From Gemmatimonadota bacterium (lineage in GTDB: Bacteria; JAAXHH01), in NCBI GenBank assembly GCA_009841265.1, contig VXMB01000009.1, forward strand, positions 93,951-157,950: a DNA stretch of 64,000 nucleotides, given 5' to 3'. Below the pieces are notes generated by a model, which saw only the letters and a program-made list of their open reading frames with translations, made no database searches and had not been told where the DNA came from. Of this stretch, positions 54,660-64,000 are shown piece by piece (position 1 is the stretch's first letter; each line of letters opens with the position of its first letter). A program made the translations under genes and the position numbers.

Positions 54660-55919
54660 TCAACTCCACAGGCGGTCGTGAGACCGTAACGCGTTCCACT
54701 CGTCGGTGGGTTCGAAGTAACCGGGATCCTTCTCACTGACGTGCTCGCGTATGGCCTCTTCGTTCAGCTCGATCCCCAGGCCCGGCGCGTCCGGCACCGT
54801 CATGTATCCGTCCCTGACCGACGGTTTCGGCAGACCGGTCACCAGGTCGTCCCACCAGGGCACGTCCACGTGGTGGTGCTCCAGGGCGATGAAGTTCTCC
54901 GTGGCCGCGGCGCAGTGCACGCTGGCCATCTGGGCGACGGGCATGGCGGACATGTGCAGCGCCATGGAAATACCGTATTCCTGGGCCGTATCGCCGATCT
55001 TCTTGGTTTCCAGTATTCCGCCCGAAGTGGCCAGGTCGGGATGGCACACGGATATGGCCCGTTTTTCGAAGAGTTCCATGAACCCTTCCCTGAGATAGAT
55101 ATCCTCGCCCGTGCAGATCGGCGTGTCGCAGGCGTCGCGCAGGCGGACGTACTGCTCGGTGAGCTGCCACGGGACCATATCCTCGTACCAGGCCAGGTTG
55201 TACCGGTCCAGCGCCTTGCCCAGTCGGATGCAGTCCTCCACGCCGATGTGCCCGAAGTGGTCGACGGCCAGCGGGATCTCGTACCCGACGATGTCGCGTA
55301 CCCCGGCCACATAGTCCGACAGCAGGCCGATGCCCTTATCCGTCAGCCTGATGCCCGTGAAGGGATGCATGACGTGCAGGGTGTCCAGCATCCCGGCGGG
55401 GGCCGACAGGGTACCGGGAATGTTCTTCAAAAGGCCGATGCCCACGTCCATTTTCAGGAAGGTGAACCCCCAGTCCATGCGTTCCTTCAGGCGGCGCCCC
55501 ATCTCTTCGGCATCCGGGGTCGACGTGGTATCGCAGTAGATTCGAACGCGGTCTCGGAATTTGCCGCCCGCGAGTTGATAGGCCGGCACGCCGTAGGCCT
55601 TGCCTGCGAGGTCCATGAGAGCCATCTCGATGGCGCAGACGCCGCCGGCCTGCCGGGCGTGGTGGCCGAACTGGCGGATCTTCCTGAAGATCCTGTCGAC
55701 GTCGCAGGGGTTTTCGCCCAGGACGCGCGACTTGAGGGCCAGGGCGTAGGTCTTGCTGGCGCCGTCCCGCACCTCTCCGAGGCCGTGGATGTCCTGGTTG
55801 GTATCGAGCCTGATGATCGTTGATGCGCCGATCGTCACGGTGCGCAGGTCGGTGATGCGCAGTGCGCCAGGACGGGAAGCGGTGTGGACGTTGATCGCTG
55901 TTTCCGGTGTTTCTGGCAC
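54660..55919 (-). CDS. Enolase-superfamily protein (mandelate racemase / muconate lactonizing enzyme family; acid-sugar dehydratase-like), 419 aa
   Basis: Capping domain plus barrel; metal ligands in 'LAVDHFGH', 'WYEDMVP' and 'ICTGEDI'. Confidence 0.75.
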   Translation of the reverse strand: MPETPETAINVHTASRPGALRITDLRTVTIGASTIIRLDTNQDIHGLGEVRDGASKTYALALKSRVLGENPCDVDRIFRKIRQFGHHARQAGGVCAIEMALMDLAGKAYGVPAYQLAGGKFRDRVRIYCDTTSTPDAEEMGRRLKERMDWGFTFLKMDVGIGLLKNIPGTLSAPAGMLDTLHVMHPFTGIRLTDKGIGLLSDYVAGVRDIVGYEIPLAVDHFGHIGVEDCIRLGKALDRYNLAWYEDMVPWQLTEQYVRLRDACDTPICTGEDIYLREGFMELFEKRAISVCHPDLATSGGILETKKIGDTAQEYGISMALHMSAMPVAQMASVHCAAATENFIALEHHHVDVPWWDDLVTGLPKPSVRDGYMTVPDAPGLGIELNEEAIREHVSEKDPGYFEPTDEWNALRSHDRLWS

Positions 55920-55941
55920 AGGTTCAATCCGTTTCTCGGCG

Positions 55942-56799
55942 TTACCCGTCTCTCGATGTTCCCTCGGACCGGTGCGCCGGCGGCTCGACCGGGCCGTGAT
56001 CCCACACGGTAGGGAAGTAACGGCCGGTCAGCAACTCACCGGGTTCGACGTCGACCCGGCGTTCCATGATATGAGTCCGTGTGGGCTGGTACCTCGTCCA
56101 TCCGGGCATGTAATGCACCGCGATGGCGGGCCGGCCGTTGTCGGACGGATTGGGTGGGCTGCCGTGCCAGGTCAGGCAGTGGTGGAACATGCATTCGCCC
56201 TTTTTTACCTCGCAGGGGACGATCTCGATCTTTTCGTCGTCCGGGATGAGGGACCGGTCGGGTTCCGGCGTAAAGCCGTCTTCGTTCGTCCCGATCGTGC
56301 CGCCCTTGTGGGGCCCCCAGTGGTGGCTGCGCGGCACCATGCGCATGCATCCGTTCTCGACGGTGGCGTCGTCCAGGGCCACCCAGGCGCTCACCAGGTC
56401 CGCAGGCTGGATAATCGGCCAGTAGGGATGGTCCTGGTGCCAGTCCGTGGCCCCGCCGCGCCGGGGCGGCTTGTACTGGATCTGGTCGTGCCACACCCGC
56501 AGCACGTCGGTACCGATGAGTTCGCAGGCCATGCGGCAGATCTCCGGTTGGTAGAGGTGGTCGCGGAATCCGTCGTCCGCCTGCCAGGTGTTGACCACCT
56601 GGATCACCACGTCCCGTTCCGCCTCCAGATCCTCGCCGGCTATGTTTCGAACCGCCTCGGCCTTGCCGCGGGATGTGCCCGCGATGACCGTCATGAGGCG
56701 ATCCCTCAACGTATCGGCTTCTTCATCACTGTAAACGCGGCCGACGTTGAGAAATCCTGCCGCTCTGAACTCTTCGATCTGTGCCTGGGTCAGGGACAC
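55942..56799 (-). CDS. PhyH-family dioxygenase, 285 aa
   Basis: 'LTQAQIEEFRAAGFLNVGRV', 'TDWHQDHPYW', 'GCMRMVPRSHH'. Confidence 0.7.
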   Translation of the reverse strand: MSLTQAQIEEFRAAGFLNVGRVYSDEEADTLRDRLMTVIAGTSRGKAEAVRNIAGEDLEAERDVVIQVVNTWQADDGFRDHLYQPEICRMACELIGTDVLRVWHDQIQYKPPRRGGATDWHQDHPYWPIIQPADLVSAWVALDDATVENGCMRMVPRSHHWGPHKGGTIGTNEDGFTPEPDRSLIPDDEKIEIVPCEVKKGECMFHHCLTWHGSPPNPSDNGRPAIAVHYMPGWTRYQPTRTHIMERRVDVEPGELLTGRYFPTVWDHGPVEPPAHRSEGTSRDG

Positions 56800-56974
56800 G
56801 CTTCGGCTCCCGGTTTGTGGAAAGATTGGAGCGAACGTAGCGGAAACCGCATCTTATGTCAAGCCTGTTGTCAAGCCTGATGTCCACCCGATTTCGCTTG
56901 ACGATACCTCGACCGTTGATTACTTCCCGGAAACACCGGCACGATACGATTCCACATGACTAAAGGAACCCCAA

Positions 56975-57970
56975 ATGGCGATACGCATGGCACAGTACGG
57001 CACCGGTCACGGGCATGCCGCCGGCAAGCTTCAATCCATGTCGACCCATCCCGATGTCGAGTGCGTCGGGGTCTATGAGCCGGATGCGGGGCGAAGGTCC
57101 GTTCTGGAGCATGCCGACGGGCCCTATGCCGACGTTCGATGGTTCGACCACGTGGAGGACATGCTGGGTGATCCGGCTGTCGTTGCCGTGGCTTCGGAAG
57201 GCCGCAACGACGAGAGCCTGGCCCAGACCGAGGAGATCGTCCGCGCCGGCAAGCATGCCTGGTACGACAAGCCCGCCGGCGACGACTGGCCAGGCTGGCA
57301 GCGAGTGGTCGGCCTTGCCGAAAAGGCGGACCTGCAGGTGCAGATGGGGTACATGTTCCGGTATCACGACGGGTTCCGCAAGATCGCCGACTGGGCCCGG
57401 TCGGGCATGCTGGGCAGCGTGTTTTCGATCCGGGCACACATGTCGACCAACGTCCCCGTTTCGTCCCGCGAAGTGATCAGCGCCCACCGGGGAGGCATTT
57501 TCTACGACCTGGCCGGCCACATGCTCGACCAGGTGGTCTGGACCCTGGGCCGGCCGTCCAGGGTGACCGCGTTTCTGCGCAACGAAACAGGGGAAGTCCC
57601 CGCATTCGCGGATAACGGCCTGGGGGTGTTTGAATACGAGCACGCCATGGCCACCGTGGATATCGCCGCCATGGAACCGTCTCCGCCCGCCCGCCGCTAC
57701 GAAGTATACGGTACGGAGGGCAGCGCCATTCTCCTCGAGCCCTTCGAACCGGGCACGGAAGTCCGGCTGGTCCTGGCAGAAGCCCGGGAAGGGTACCCCG
57801 CGGGCGAGTCCCGTGTGCCCGTGGAAGGCCGCGGCCGCCAGGCGCTGTACGACCTCGAACTGGCGTCCTTCCTGAAGACCATCACCGGGAAGCAGCCGCC
57901 GGACCGTCCCCTGTCCCACGAACTGCTCGTGCAGGAAACCCTGCTCCGTGCGACACGGGGCCTGTCGTGA
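56975..57970 (+). CDS. Gfo/Idh/MocA-family NAD(P)-dependent oxidoreductase, 331 aa
   Basis: 'IRMAQYGTGHGHA' Rossmann N-terminus; 'EKP' region 'WYDKPAG'. Confidence 0.75.
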   Translation: MAIRMAQYGTGHGHAAGKLQSMSTHPDVECVGVYEPDAGRRSVLEHADGPYADVRWFDHVEDMLGDPAVVAVASEGRNDESLAQTEEIVRAGKHAWYDKPAGDDWPGWQRVVGLAEKADLQVQMGYMFRYHDGFRKIADWARSGMLGSVFSIRAHMSTNVPVSSREVISAHRGGIFYDLAGHMLDQVVWTLGRPSRVTAFLRNETGEVPAFADNGLGVFEYEHAMATVDIAAMEPSPPARRYEVYGTEGSAILLEPFEPGTEVRLVLAEAREGYPAGESRVPVEGRGRQALYDLELASFLKTITGKQPPDRPLSHELLVQETLLRATRGLS

Positions 57971-59139
57971 ATCGGCCGGTGAAACATTACGACGTGATCG
58001 TGGTCGGCGGAGGGATCGTGGGCGTCTCGACGGCCTACGTGCTGGCCCGCCGCGGGCTGAGCGTCCTCCTCCTCGAACGGTACGCACCCGTCCACGAACA
58101 CGGCAGTTCGCACGGCGACAGCCGGATGATCCGTTTCGACTACGAAGAGAACGTGTACGTCGAAATGGCGGCGCGCGCCTTCCGGGCCTGGGAGGATCTC
58201 GCGGAACGCCTGGGAAGGCCGGTGTTCAGGCGGGCCGGCATCTGCAACCTGGCGCCTGCCGGCGCGGAGGTGCTGGAGACGCTGGAGACCCGGCTGCGGG
58301 ACTGCGAACTCCCCTACGAACGACTGGCCGGTCCTTCCTTTGCGCGCCGTTTCCCCCAGCTAAGCCTGCCACAGCACAGTGAAGCCATCTACCAACCCGA
58401 CAGCGCCGTGCTTTTCGCCGACGAGGTGTTACGAAGCCTGTGGGACTGCGTCCGGGAAGACGGCGTGGACGCCCTGACGGAGACGGAAGTCGCTTCGATC
58501 GTCCCGTCCGAAAAGCACGTCGAGGTCACATCGGCGGACGGACGGTCCTGGTCAGGCACCCGCCTCGTGCTGGCAACCGGCAGCTGGACGGATGGATGGC
58601 TGAACGCGCTGGGGATCGATGTCGACCTGGTGGTGACGCGGGAGTTGCTGGCCTACTTTCCGCAGGCCGGGTCGGTCCCTCATGAGGCGGGTGCCATGCC
58701 CAACGTGATCGATTACCACACCCCCGATCCCTTCTACTGCGTGCCCCAGGTACGGGTACAGGGCGTCAAGGCCGGTTGCCACCGGACCGGCCGGGTCGTC
58801 GAGGCGGACGACCCCGAAGTCGTGGACGGCGCGAATCTTGCCACGGTGCGGGAATTCATCGGACGCAGATGTCCCCACCTGTCCCGGGATCCCGTCGCGG
58901 TGAAACATTGCCTGTACACCAACTCGGCGGACTTCCACTTCATCCTGGACCGCCATCCCGATCATGCGAACGTGGTCCTGGCGGCGGGTTTTTCAGGCCA
59001 CGGCTTCAAGTTCGGCCCGGTGCTGGGAGAGATCCTGGCCGCCCGGCTGTTCGATGAAACGCCGCCCGTCGACACGAGTCTGTTCGGTCTCGAACGGTTC
59101 AGTAGTCAAAGTGTGCTGAAACCTCGTACGCTCGCGTAG
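57967..59139 (+). CDS. Monomeric sarcosine oxidase / N-methyltryptophan oxidase-like FAD-dependent oxidase, 390 aa
   Basis: 'HYDVIVVGGGIVGVSTAY' FAD fold; 'HGSSHGDSRMIR'; C-terminal 'AAGFSGHGFKFGPVLGEILA'. Confidence 0.75.
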   Translation: MNRPVKHYDVIVVGGGIVGVSTAYVLARRGLSVLLLERYAPVHEHGSSHGDSRMIRFDYEENVYVEMAARAFRAWEDLAERLGRPVFRRAGICNLAPAGAEVLETLETRLRDCELPYERLAGPSFARRFPQLSLPQHSEAIYQPDSAVLFADEVLRSLWDCVREDGVDALTETEVASIVPSEKHVEVTSADGRSWSGTRLVLATGSWTDGWLNALGIDVDLVVTRELLAYFPQAGSVPHEAGAMPNVIDYHTPDPFYCVPQVRVQGVKAGCHRTGRVVEADDPEVVDGANLATVREFIGRRCPHLSRDPVAVKHCLYTNSADFHFILDRHPDHANVVLAAGFSGHGFKFGPVLGEILAARLFDETPPVDTSLFGLERFSSQSVLKPRTLA

Positions 59140-59171
59140 CATCCCAACGCCGGCCATGCGCGTCTTTCGGT

Positions 59172-60359
59172 TCACACGAACCGGCGGCCGTCCTTGAACA
59201 CGCCGACGATCCGGCGCATGGCGCCGATGTCCTGCAGTGGATCTCCATCGACGGCGAGGACATCCGCGAATCGGCCGGGTTCCAGGGATCCGACCTGATC
59301 TGCCATCCCCAGCATCTCGGCGGCCCGGCTCGTGGAAGCGATGATGGCGCCCATGGGCGAGAAGCCGCAGCACTTGACGGCGATGACGAGGCTCCCGGCG
59401 AAGTCCTCGAAGCGCGTGTCCGGGACGCCCGCATCGCTGGATATGACCATGCGGACGCCTGCCTCCAGCGTCCGGCGCAGCAAGTCGAATCGCTCGCCGT
59501 ACTCGCTGTTCATCAACGCTTCCACTTCCTCGGACGAACCGGTCCTCGGCCCCGTGATCGTGTGGCTGACGTAAAGGCCCTTCTGCCGGATCAGGTCGAC
59601 GGCATCCCCGTCGTAACGGTGGCCATCTTCCTCACCCATCCACGAACAGTGCTCGATGCTGTCGGTGCCCGCAATGGCACAGTTCATGATGCCTTCGGTG
59701 CCGTGGGCGTGGGCGGCGACTTTCCTGCCCAGACGATGGGCGTCCTGGACGAGGGCCGTCAGGGTCTCCGCCGAATACTGGGCGCGGCGCACGTTGCTGT
59801 CCGGCGTCAGTCCGCCTCCGGTGGCACAGACCTTGACCCAGTCCACGCCCATGGAGACCACCGTGCGCACGGCCTTCAGCACCTCCTCCGTGCTGTCCGC
59901 GCTGATCCCCATGTAGTTAAGGTGCCCCGCCGTCGTGGTAATGGGCAGGCCGCAGGCGAGTATGCGCGGGCCGTCCAGGTGACCCCCGTCGATGGCCCGC
60001 TTCAGGGTCAGCGTCACGCCGAACACGTCGGCGCAGTCCCGAACGGTCGTCACCCCGCCCCGCAAGGTCCGTCGGGCGTTCCCGGCGGCCTCGACCACGG
60101 ACTCCACGGCGCTTTTGTGCGCCAGGGAGGTGACGCAGTCCTCCCGCGCGTTCATGACGAGATGTACGTGGGTATCGATAAGGCCTGGAAGCAGCGTGGC
60201 CGTGCCGAGGTCGACGACCTCTGCGTCGCCGGGAATGGAAAGGCTGTCGCGGGAACCGACGGCCTGGATCCGGTTGCCGTCCACGAGGATCAGCCCGCCG
60301 GGAATGGGCGCCGCGCCCTTCCCGTTGATGATCGAGCCGCCTGTGATGGCCTTTAGCAA
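59172..60359 (-). CDS. Amidohydrolase-family metal-dependent hydrolase; probable TTG start at 60359 (the ORF track extends it spuriously to 60674)
   Basis: 'LLPGLIDTHVHL' HxH motif and 'VAAHAHG'. The N-terminal extension in the track is Arg/Gly-rich shadow sequence overlapping accA. Confidence 0.7.
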   Translation of the reverse strand: MLKAITGGSIINGKGAAPIPGGLILVDGNRIQAVGSRDSLSIPGDAEVVDLGTATLLPGLIDTHVHLVMNAREDCVTSLAHKSAVESVVEAAGNARRTLRGGVTTVRDCADVFGVTLTLKRAIDGGHLDGPRILACGLPITTTAGHLNYMGISADSTEEVLKAVRTVVSMGVDWVKVCATGGGLTPDSNVRRAQYSAETLTALVQDAHRLGRKVAAHAHGTEGIMNCAIAGTDSIEHCSWMGEEDGHRYDGDAVDLIRQKGLYVSHTITGPRTGSSEEVEALMNSEYGERFDLLRRTLEAGVRMVISSDAGVPDTRFEDFAGSLVIAVKCCGFSPMGAIIASTSRAAEMLGMADQVGSLEPGRFADVLAVDGDPLQDIGAMRRIVGVFKDGRRFV

Positions 60360-60382
60360 GGATCCCGCTCCCGGGTTCCGGC

Positions 60383-61384
60383 TTACGACGGGTCGTCCGC
60401 GGCAGGTGCTACATCGAAGGCACCCATGCTGCTGTACTTCTCCAGCCGGGCTTCCAGGCGTTCCTCGACGGACTGTGTGCCCGCCTCGTGCAACGCCTTG
60501 AGGATGGATTTTCTGACGTTCGAAATGGCCGTTTCGTGGTCGCGGTGCGCGCCCCCGAAGGGTTCGGGCACGATTTCGTCGATGACGCCGAACTGGAGCA
60601 GGTCGGTAGCCGAAAGCCGCAGGGCCTCCGCACAATCGGCCTTTCTGGCGGCCGCCTTTTCCTGGTCCTTCCACAGGATGGTGGAACAGGGTTCGGGGCT
60701 GATGACCGAATACCAGGCGTTCTCCATCATGATGACGCGGTCGCCCACACCGATCCCCAGGGCGCCTCCGCTGGCGCCTTCGCCGATCACCATGACGATG
60801 ATCGGCACGCGCAGCCGTCCCATCTCGTAGATGTTCCGGGCGATCGCCTCCGCCTGGCCCCGCTCCTCGGCGCCCGCGCCGGGATAGGCTCCGGGGGTAT
60901 CGACCAGGGACAGGACCGGCATGTCGAACTTCTCGGCCAGCTTCATGATGCGCAGGGCCTTGCGGTATCCCTCGGGACCCGCCATGCCGAAGTTACGCAT
61001 CACGTTTTCCTTGGTGTTCTTCCCCTTCTGGTGTCCCACCACGGCGATCGGCCGACCATCCATTTTCGCCAGCCCCGTGACCATGGCCTTGTCATCCCCG
61101 AAGGACCGGTCGCCATGCAGTTCGACGAAATCCTCCATCATCCCGTTGATGTAGTCGAGCGTGTGGGGGCGGTTCGGATGGCGGGCGATGAGCACGCGCT
61201 GCCAACGGGTCAAGTTGGAATAGGTCTTCCGCCGCTGGCGGGCCACTTCCTCCTCCAGGCGCTGGATCTCGTCGGCCAGGGCATCGAGGTTCTCGGTCAC
61301 CGCATAGTTTCTCATTTCCTCTATGCGCTTCTCGAGCTCGTAGATCGGTTTTTCGAATTCGAGGATCGGTCCGTTCTCATCCAT
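60383..61384 (-). CDS. accA: Acetyl-CoA carboxylase carboxyltransferase alpha subunit; start at [14 protein letters not shown]
   Basis: '[18 protein letters not shown]', 'VVGHQKG', '[11 protein letters not shown]', '[10 protein letters not shown]'. Confidence 0.9.
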   Translation of the reverse strand: MDENGPILEFEKPIYELEKRIEEMRNYAVTENLDALADEIQRLEEEVARQRRKTYSNLTRWQRVLIARHPNRPHTLDYINGMMEDFVELHGDRSFGDDKAMVTGLAKMDGRPIAVVGHQKGKNTKENVMRNFGMAGPEGYRKALRIMKLAEKFDMPVLSLVDTPGAYPGAGAEERGQAEAIARNIYEMGRLRVPIIVMVIGEGASGGALGIGVGDRVIMMENAWYSVISPEPCSTILWKDQEKAAARKADCAEALRLSATDLLQFGVIDEIVPEPFGGAHRDHETAISNVRKSILKALHEAGTQSVEERLEARLEKYSSMGAFDVAPAADDPS

Positions 61385-61740
61385 GACATGCTCCAGGCGC
61401 TGCAAACCGGCCTTCATAAACGGTAATCGCGGCGGACCCATGACGTTCGAGCAGTCCCGCCGCGTTCTCCCAAATAAAGATCAACCGGTACGACCTGTCA
61501 AGGGCGGGGACCGGGCGGGGACTGGGCGGGGACCGATCGAATAGACGCAGCCTGTTCTCCGGTAAACGTCAAATGCATTCAAAACGTTCCCGGTTACAGT
61601 TCACTGGATCGACCTCCCCCTCCCCCGGCAACGGGCCAAACCCCTTGACATCCAGGTTGCGGCCTGTTAGTTGACCGGTGCCCGGAACGGGTTGGAACGT
61701 CCCGGTGGGTATGCCTTGCCGGGCGAAAGGAACTACTGCC

Positions 61741-62580
61741 ATGACAGAGTGTGATCGCACCGATGGAAACGGACTCGCGACACCGTACCCGCTGTCCGCC
61801 GAACACGTGCGGCAGTACCGTGAGAACGGTCACGTGCATCTTCGGTCCGTTTGTACGAAGAATGAAGTCGCCGAGTACCGTGAGGTGGTGAAGTCGATCA
61901 CGTCCGAACGCTTCGCCGGGACGAGCAGGATGAGCGACCGGCCGGAGGACGATTTCTCCCGCGTTTTCATGCAGACGTTCAATCTGCGGGAGGCGGACGC
62001 ACGCGCTGCCCGGTTCATCCAGTCGCCCCGTTTCGGAGAGATCGCGGCCGATCTGATGGGCGTGGACGCGGTCCGCATCTACTACGACAAGGCCATGTTC
62101 AAGGAACCCGGAAGCTGGATCACGCCGTGGCACCAGGACGGTCCCCACTGGCCCCTTCATTCGGACCACGTACTGACCATGTGGATACCCCTCGTGGACG
62201 CCACCATCGACATGGGACCGCCCCGTTTCGCCAGCGGTACCCACAGGTCAAGAGTGTTGGGCCCCAGGGGGATACACCGCGAATCGGAATCCTTTTTCGA
62301 AGACTACATCCACGCGAACCAGGTTCCGGTCGTGGAAGAAGAGATTCCGGCGGGGGACGTGACGCTGCACAGTCACTGGGTGGTCCATGGTGCCCGGGCA
62401 AACACGTCGGGCCGTGTCCGCGAAGCACTGGGTATCACGTTTTATGAAGACGGTGTTTTCATCGACGATTCCGCGTGCAGCGTGGAGAACCGGCCGGTCA
62501 TCGACGCCAACCTCGGGAACAGGCAACCGGGCCAGCGGGCCGATCATCCGCGCAACCAGATCGTGTTCGACCGGTCGTGA
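61741..62580 (+). CDS. PhyH-family dioxygenase; start at MTECDRT
   Basis: 'LSAEHVRQYRENGHVHL', 'TPWHQDGPHW', 'FASGTHRS', distal His in 'HSHWVVHGA'. Confidence 0.7.
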   Translation: MTECDRTDGNGLATPYPLSAEHVRQYRENGHVHLRSVCTKNEVAEYREVVKSITSERFAGTSRMSDRPEDDFSRVFMQTFNLREADARAARFIQSPRFGEIAADLMGVDAVRIYYDKAMFKEPGSWITPWHQDGPHWPLHSDHVLTMWIPLVDATIDMGPPRFASGTHRSRVLGPRGIHRESESFFEDYIHANQVPVVEEEIPAGDVTLHSHWVVHGARANTSGRVREALGITFYEDGVFIDDSACSVENRPVIDANLGNRQPGQRADHPRNQIVFDRS

Positions 62581-62765
62581 GTCTGGTGACTTCGAATAGA
62601 CGCCTCGCGCGATACAAGGCCGAGAGTGCATGACGGCAGGTCCGGTGTTACTCGCGCGTTACCGGACCGGGCGGCCGGGCGGCCATGCCAGTCGAGTAAG
62701 CTGGCTTGATTCGGGGGAAACTGGTCTGGATTGACGCCCGGTGGCGAGGCGCGGATAAATCGAGA

Positions 62766-64000
62766 TTAACCACCGCCGCGCGGGTCGCGTCTCACCGTTA
62801 TCGTGACCGATGTTTCCAAACTACCCGAGCGCGCTGTGATCACGGGCACAGGCATGCTCACGGCATAACCGTTCCAGACGACGGTGACCATACCATTGGC
62901 ATCCACGGTGGCCACGTCCGTATGCTCACTCGACCAGGTTACAGGCGCATCGTCAATAGGCGCGTTGTTCTGATCGAACACCGTGGCAGTTAGCTGAACC
63001 GTCCCACCCGGAAGGTCTATCGTCGGAACGGAAGGTGTAATCGTGATTCGGACCGCCGTCTGTGCAACGGTGACCGCGGCGGACGTGGCGGCGTCACCGG
63101 CCCTGGCCGTGATCCGCGCTCTGCCGTTCTTGACGGCGGTGACCAGCCCGCGGCGGTCCACGTCGGCCACGGCCGGGTTTCCGCTCGACCAGGTTACCGC
63201 CGCCCCGGAAACGGGGTATCCATTTCCGTCAAGAGTCCTGGTGGTGAACTGTGCGGTCTCGCCGAGAGATGTCAGGGTGGCCGCCGCCGGTTCGATCACG
63301 ATCCGGCTGACCGACTGTGACACCGTGACCGCCGCGGTGTCCGCCTCGCCCCCCGAGCGCACCGTAATCACGGCCTCACCATTCTTGACGGCGGTGACCA
63401 TCCCGCGACGGTCCACGGTGGCCACGGCCGGGTTTCCGCTCGACCAGGTTACTGCTGCATCGAAAACAGTGTATCCATTTCCGTCAAGAACCCTGGCAGT
63501 CAGCCGGGCGGTATCGCCGATGGACGTGAGGGTCAGTACAGACGGATCGATCACGACGCGATCCACCGACTGCGACACGTTGACCGCCGTGGTCGTGGAC
63601 GTATCGCCGGAACGTGCCGTGACGAAGGCGTCGCCGGGATCTACGGCCCTTACACGTCCTCTGTCGTTGACGGTCGCCACCCGCCTATCGCTGCTCGACC
63701 AGGTCACCAAGGCCTCCGCGACCGGGTGCCCGTTCCCGTCAAGAACCCTGGCGGTGAGCCTCGCAGTGTCGCCGATGGACGTTAGCGTCAGCGCCGACGG
63801 CTCGACCACGATGCTTTCCGCCACCTGGATCACCGTTATCGTCGTTGTCGTTTTCAAACTGTCCGAGCGCGCCACGATTACGGCCTCGCCATTCCGGACG
63901 GCAGTGGCCACCCCGTGGACATCCACGGTAGCCACGTCCTTGTTTTCACTCGACCAGGCTACTGCCGCATCGGGCACGGCGTGTCCATTTTCGTCGAATA
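62766..64000 (-). CDS. Secreted/surface protein of tandem Big_2 (bacterial Ig-like group 2) domains; the N-terminus lies beyond the window end
   Basis: At least five ~85-aa repeats: 'VTWSSxNxxVATVDxxGxVTAVxNGEAVITARSG...TxxVTVxQ'. The ORF stays open to the window edge. Confidence 0.75.
   Translation of the reverse strand, partial: FDENGHAVPDAAVAWSSENKDVATVDVHGVATAVRNGEAVIVARSDSLKTTTTITVIQVAESIVVEPSALTLTSIGDTARLTARVLDGNGHPVAEALVTWSSSDRRVATVNDRGRVRAVDPGDAFVTARSGDTSTTTAVNVSQSVDRVVIDPSVLTLTSIGDTARLTARVLDGNGYTVFDAAVTWSSGNPAVATVDRRGMVTAVKNGEAVITVRSGGEADTAAVTVSQSVSRIVIEPAAATLTSLGETAQFTTRTLDGNGYPVSGAAVTWSSGNPAVADVDRRGLVTAVKNGRARITARAGDAATSAAVTVAQTAVRITITPSVPTIDLPGGTVQLTATVFDQNNAPIDDAPVTWSSEHTDVATVDANGMVTVVWNGYAVSMPVPVITARSGSLETSVTITVRRDPRGGG
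62800..64000. repeat. ~255-bp DNA-level tandem repeats encoding the Big_2 domains
   Basis: Near-identical stretches recur at the repeat period, e.g. 'ccgggtttccgctcgaccaggttac' at ~63170 and ~63430. Confidence 0.6.

Noticed and set aside
60360-60674. N-terminal 105-aa extension of the amidohydrolase ORF given in the track (start at 60674)
   Set aside because: The extension overlaps the accA 3' end, is Arg/Gly/Pro-rich and precedes a good GGGAG ribosome-binding site plus TTG start at 60359; treated as a spurious extension.
1-64000. CRISPR arrays, transposases, integrases, phage structural genes
   Set aside because: No CRISPR-like repeat-spacer periodicity or recombinase motifs were seen on reading both strands. 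The only tandem repeats are in-frame coding repeats (Big_2 domains, the EHGSGG tail, the 21-bp duplication).

Overview
This is a 64 kb window of high-GC (~62-66%) bacterial chromosome, probably from a marine or environmental lineage. Its left end (about 1-11.3 kb) is a defense island built on a Type I restriction-modification (R-M) operon, all on the minus strand: half-size hsdS - hsdM - hsdS - two small ORFs joined at an A8 tract (a dnaX-like A_AAA_AAG slippery site) - a 380-bp AT-rich leader - a 1310-aa reverse transcriptase (RT)-nitrilase fusion that looks like DRT type 1 (the UG1 class of UG/Abi defense RTs) - a frameshifted vapB-like antitoxin remnant - hsdR (which runs off the window start). 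The RT, the small ORFs and the 3' half of hsdS form a low-GC (~45%) block, consistent with horizontal insertion into the R-M operon. The remaining ~52 kb is core or accessory metabolism: seven phytanoyl-CoA dioxygenase-family (PhyH) paralogs (one fused to HEAT repeats), two creatininase-family genes, three PLP-dependent enzymes in a row, a tyrosine-phosphatase-like::ADP-ribosylglycohydrolase fusion, tRNA-Ala(GGC), an MltD-like lytic transglycosylase, sppA, HU plus a 29-aa basic peptide, a family-5 ABC substrate-binding protein (SBP), an OtnK::PdxA2 fusion, threonine-synthase-like and DapA-family genes, a cytoplasmic sulfatase, a glycerophosphodiester phosphodiesterase, a stand-alone AICARFT-domain protein (AICAR formyltransferase domain of PurH), an APC-family amino acid permease, leuS, a family-2 glycosyltransferase, two tandem TAT-signal histidinol-phosphate (HisC)-like aminotransferases, an acyltransferase-3 protein, a fused indolepyruvate:ferredoxin oxidoreductase (IOR), an AmpD-like amidase, an N-terminally short selA, a short-chain dehydrogenase (SDR), an enolase-superfamily protein, a Gfo/Idh/MocA oxidoreductase, a sarcosine-oxidase-like flavoenzyme, an amidohydrolase, accA, and a Big_2-repeat protein truncated at the window end. 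No CRISPR array, integrase or transposase was found. Many plus-strand ORFs in the supplied track are antisense shadows of minus-strand genes and were not annotated.
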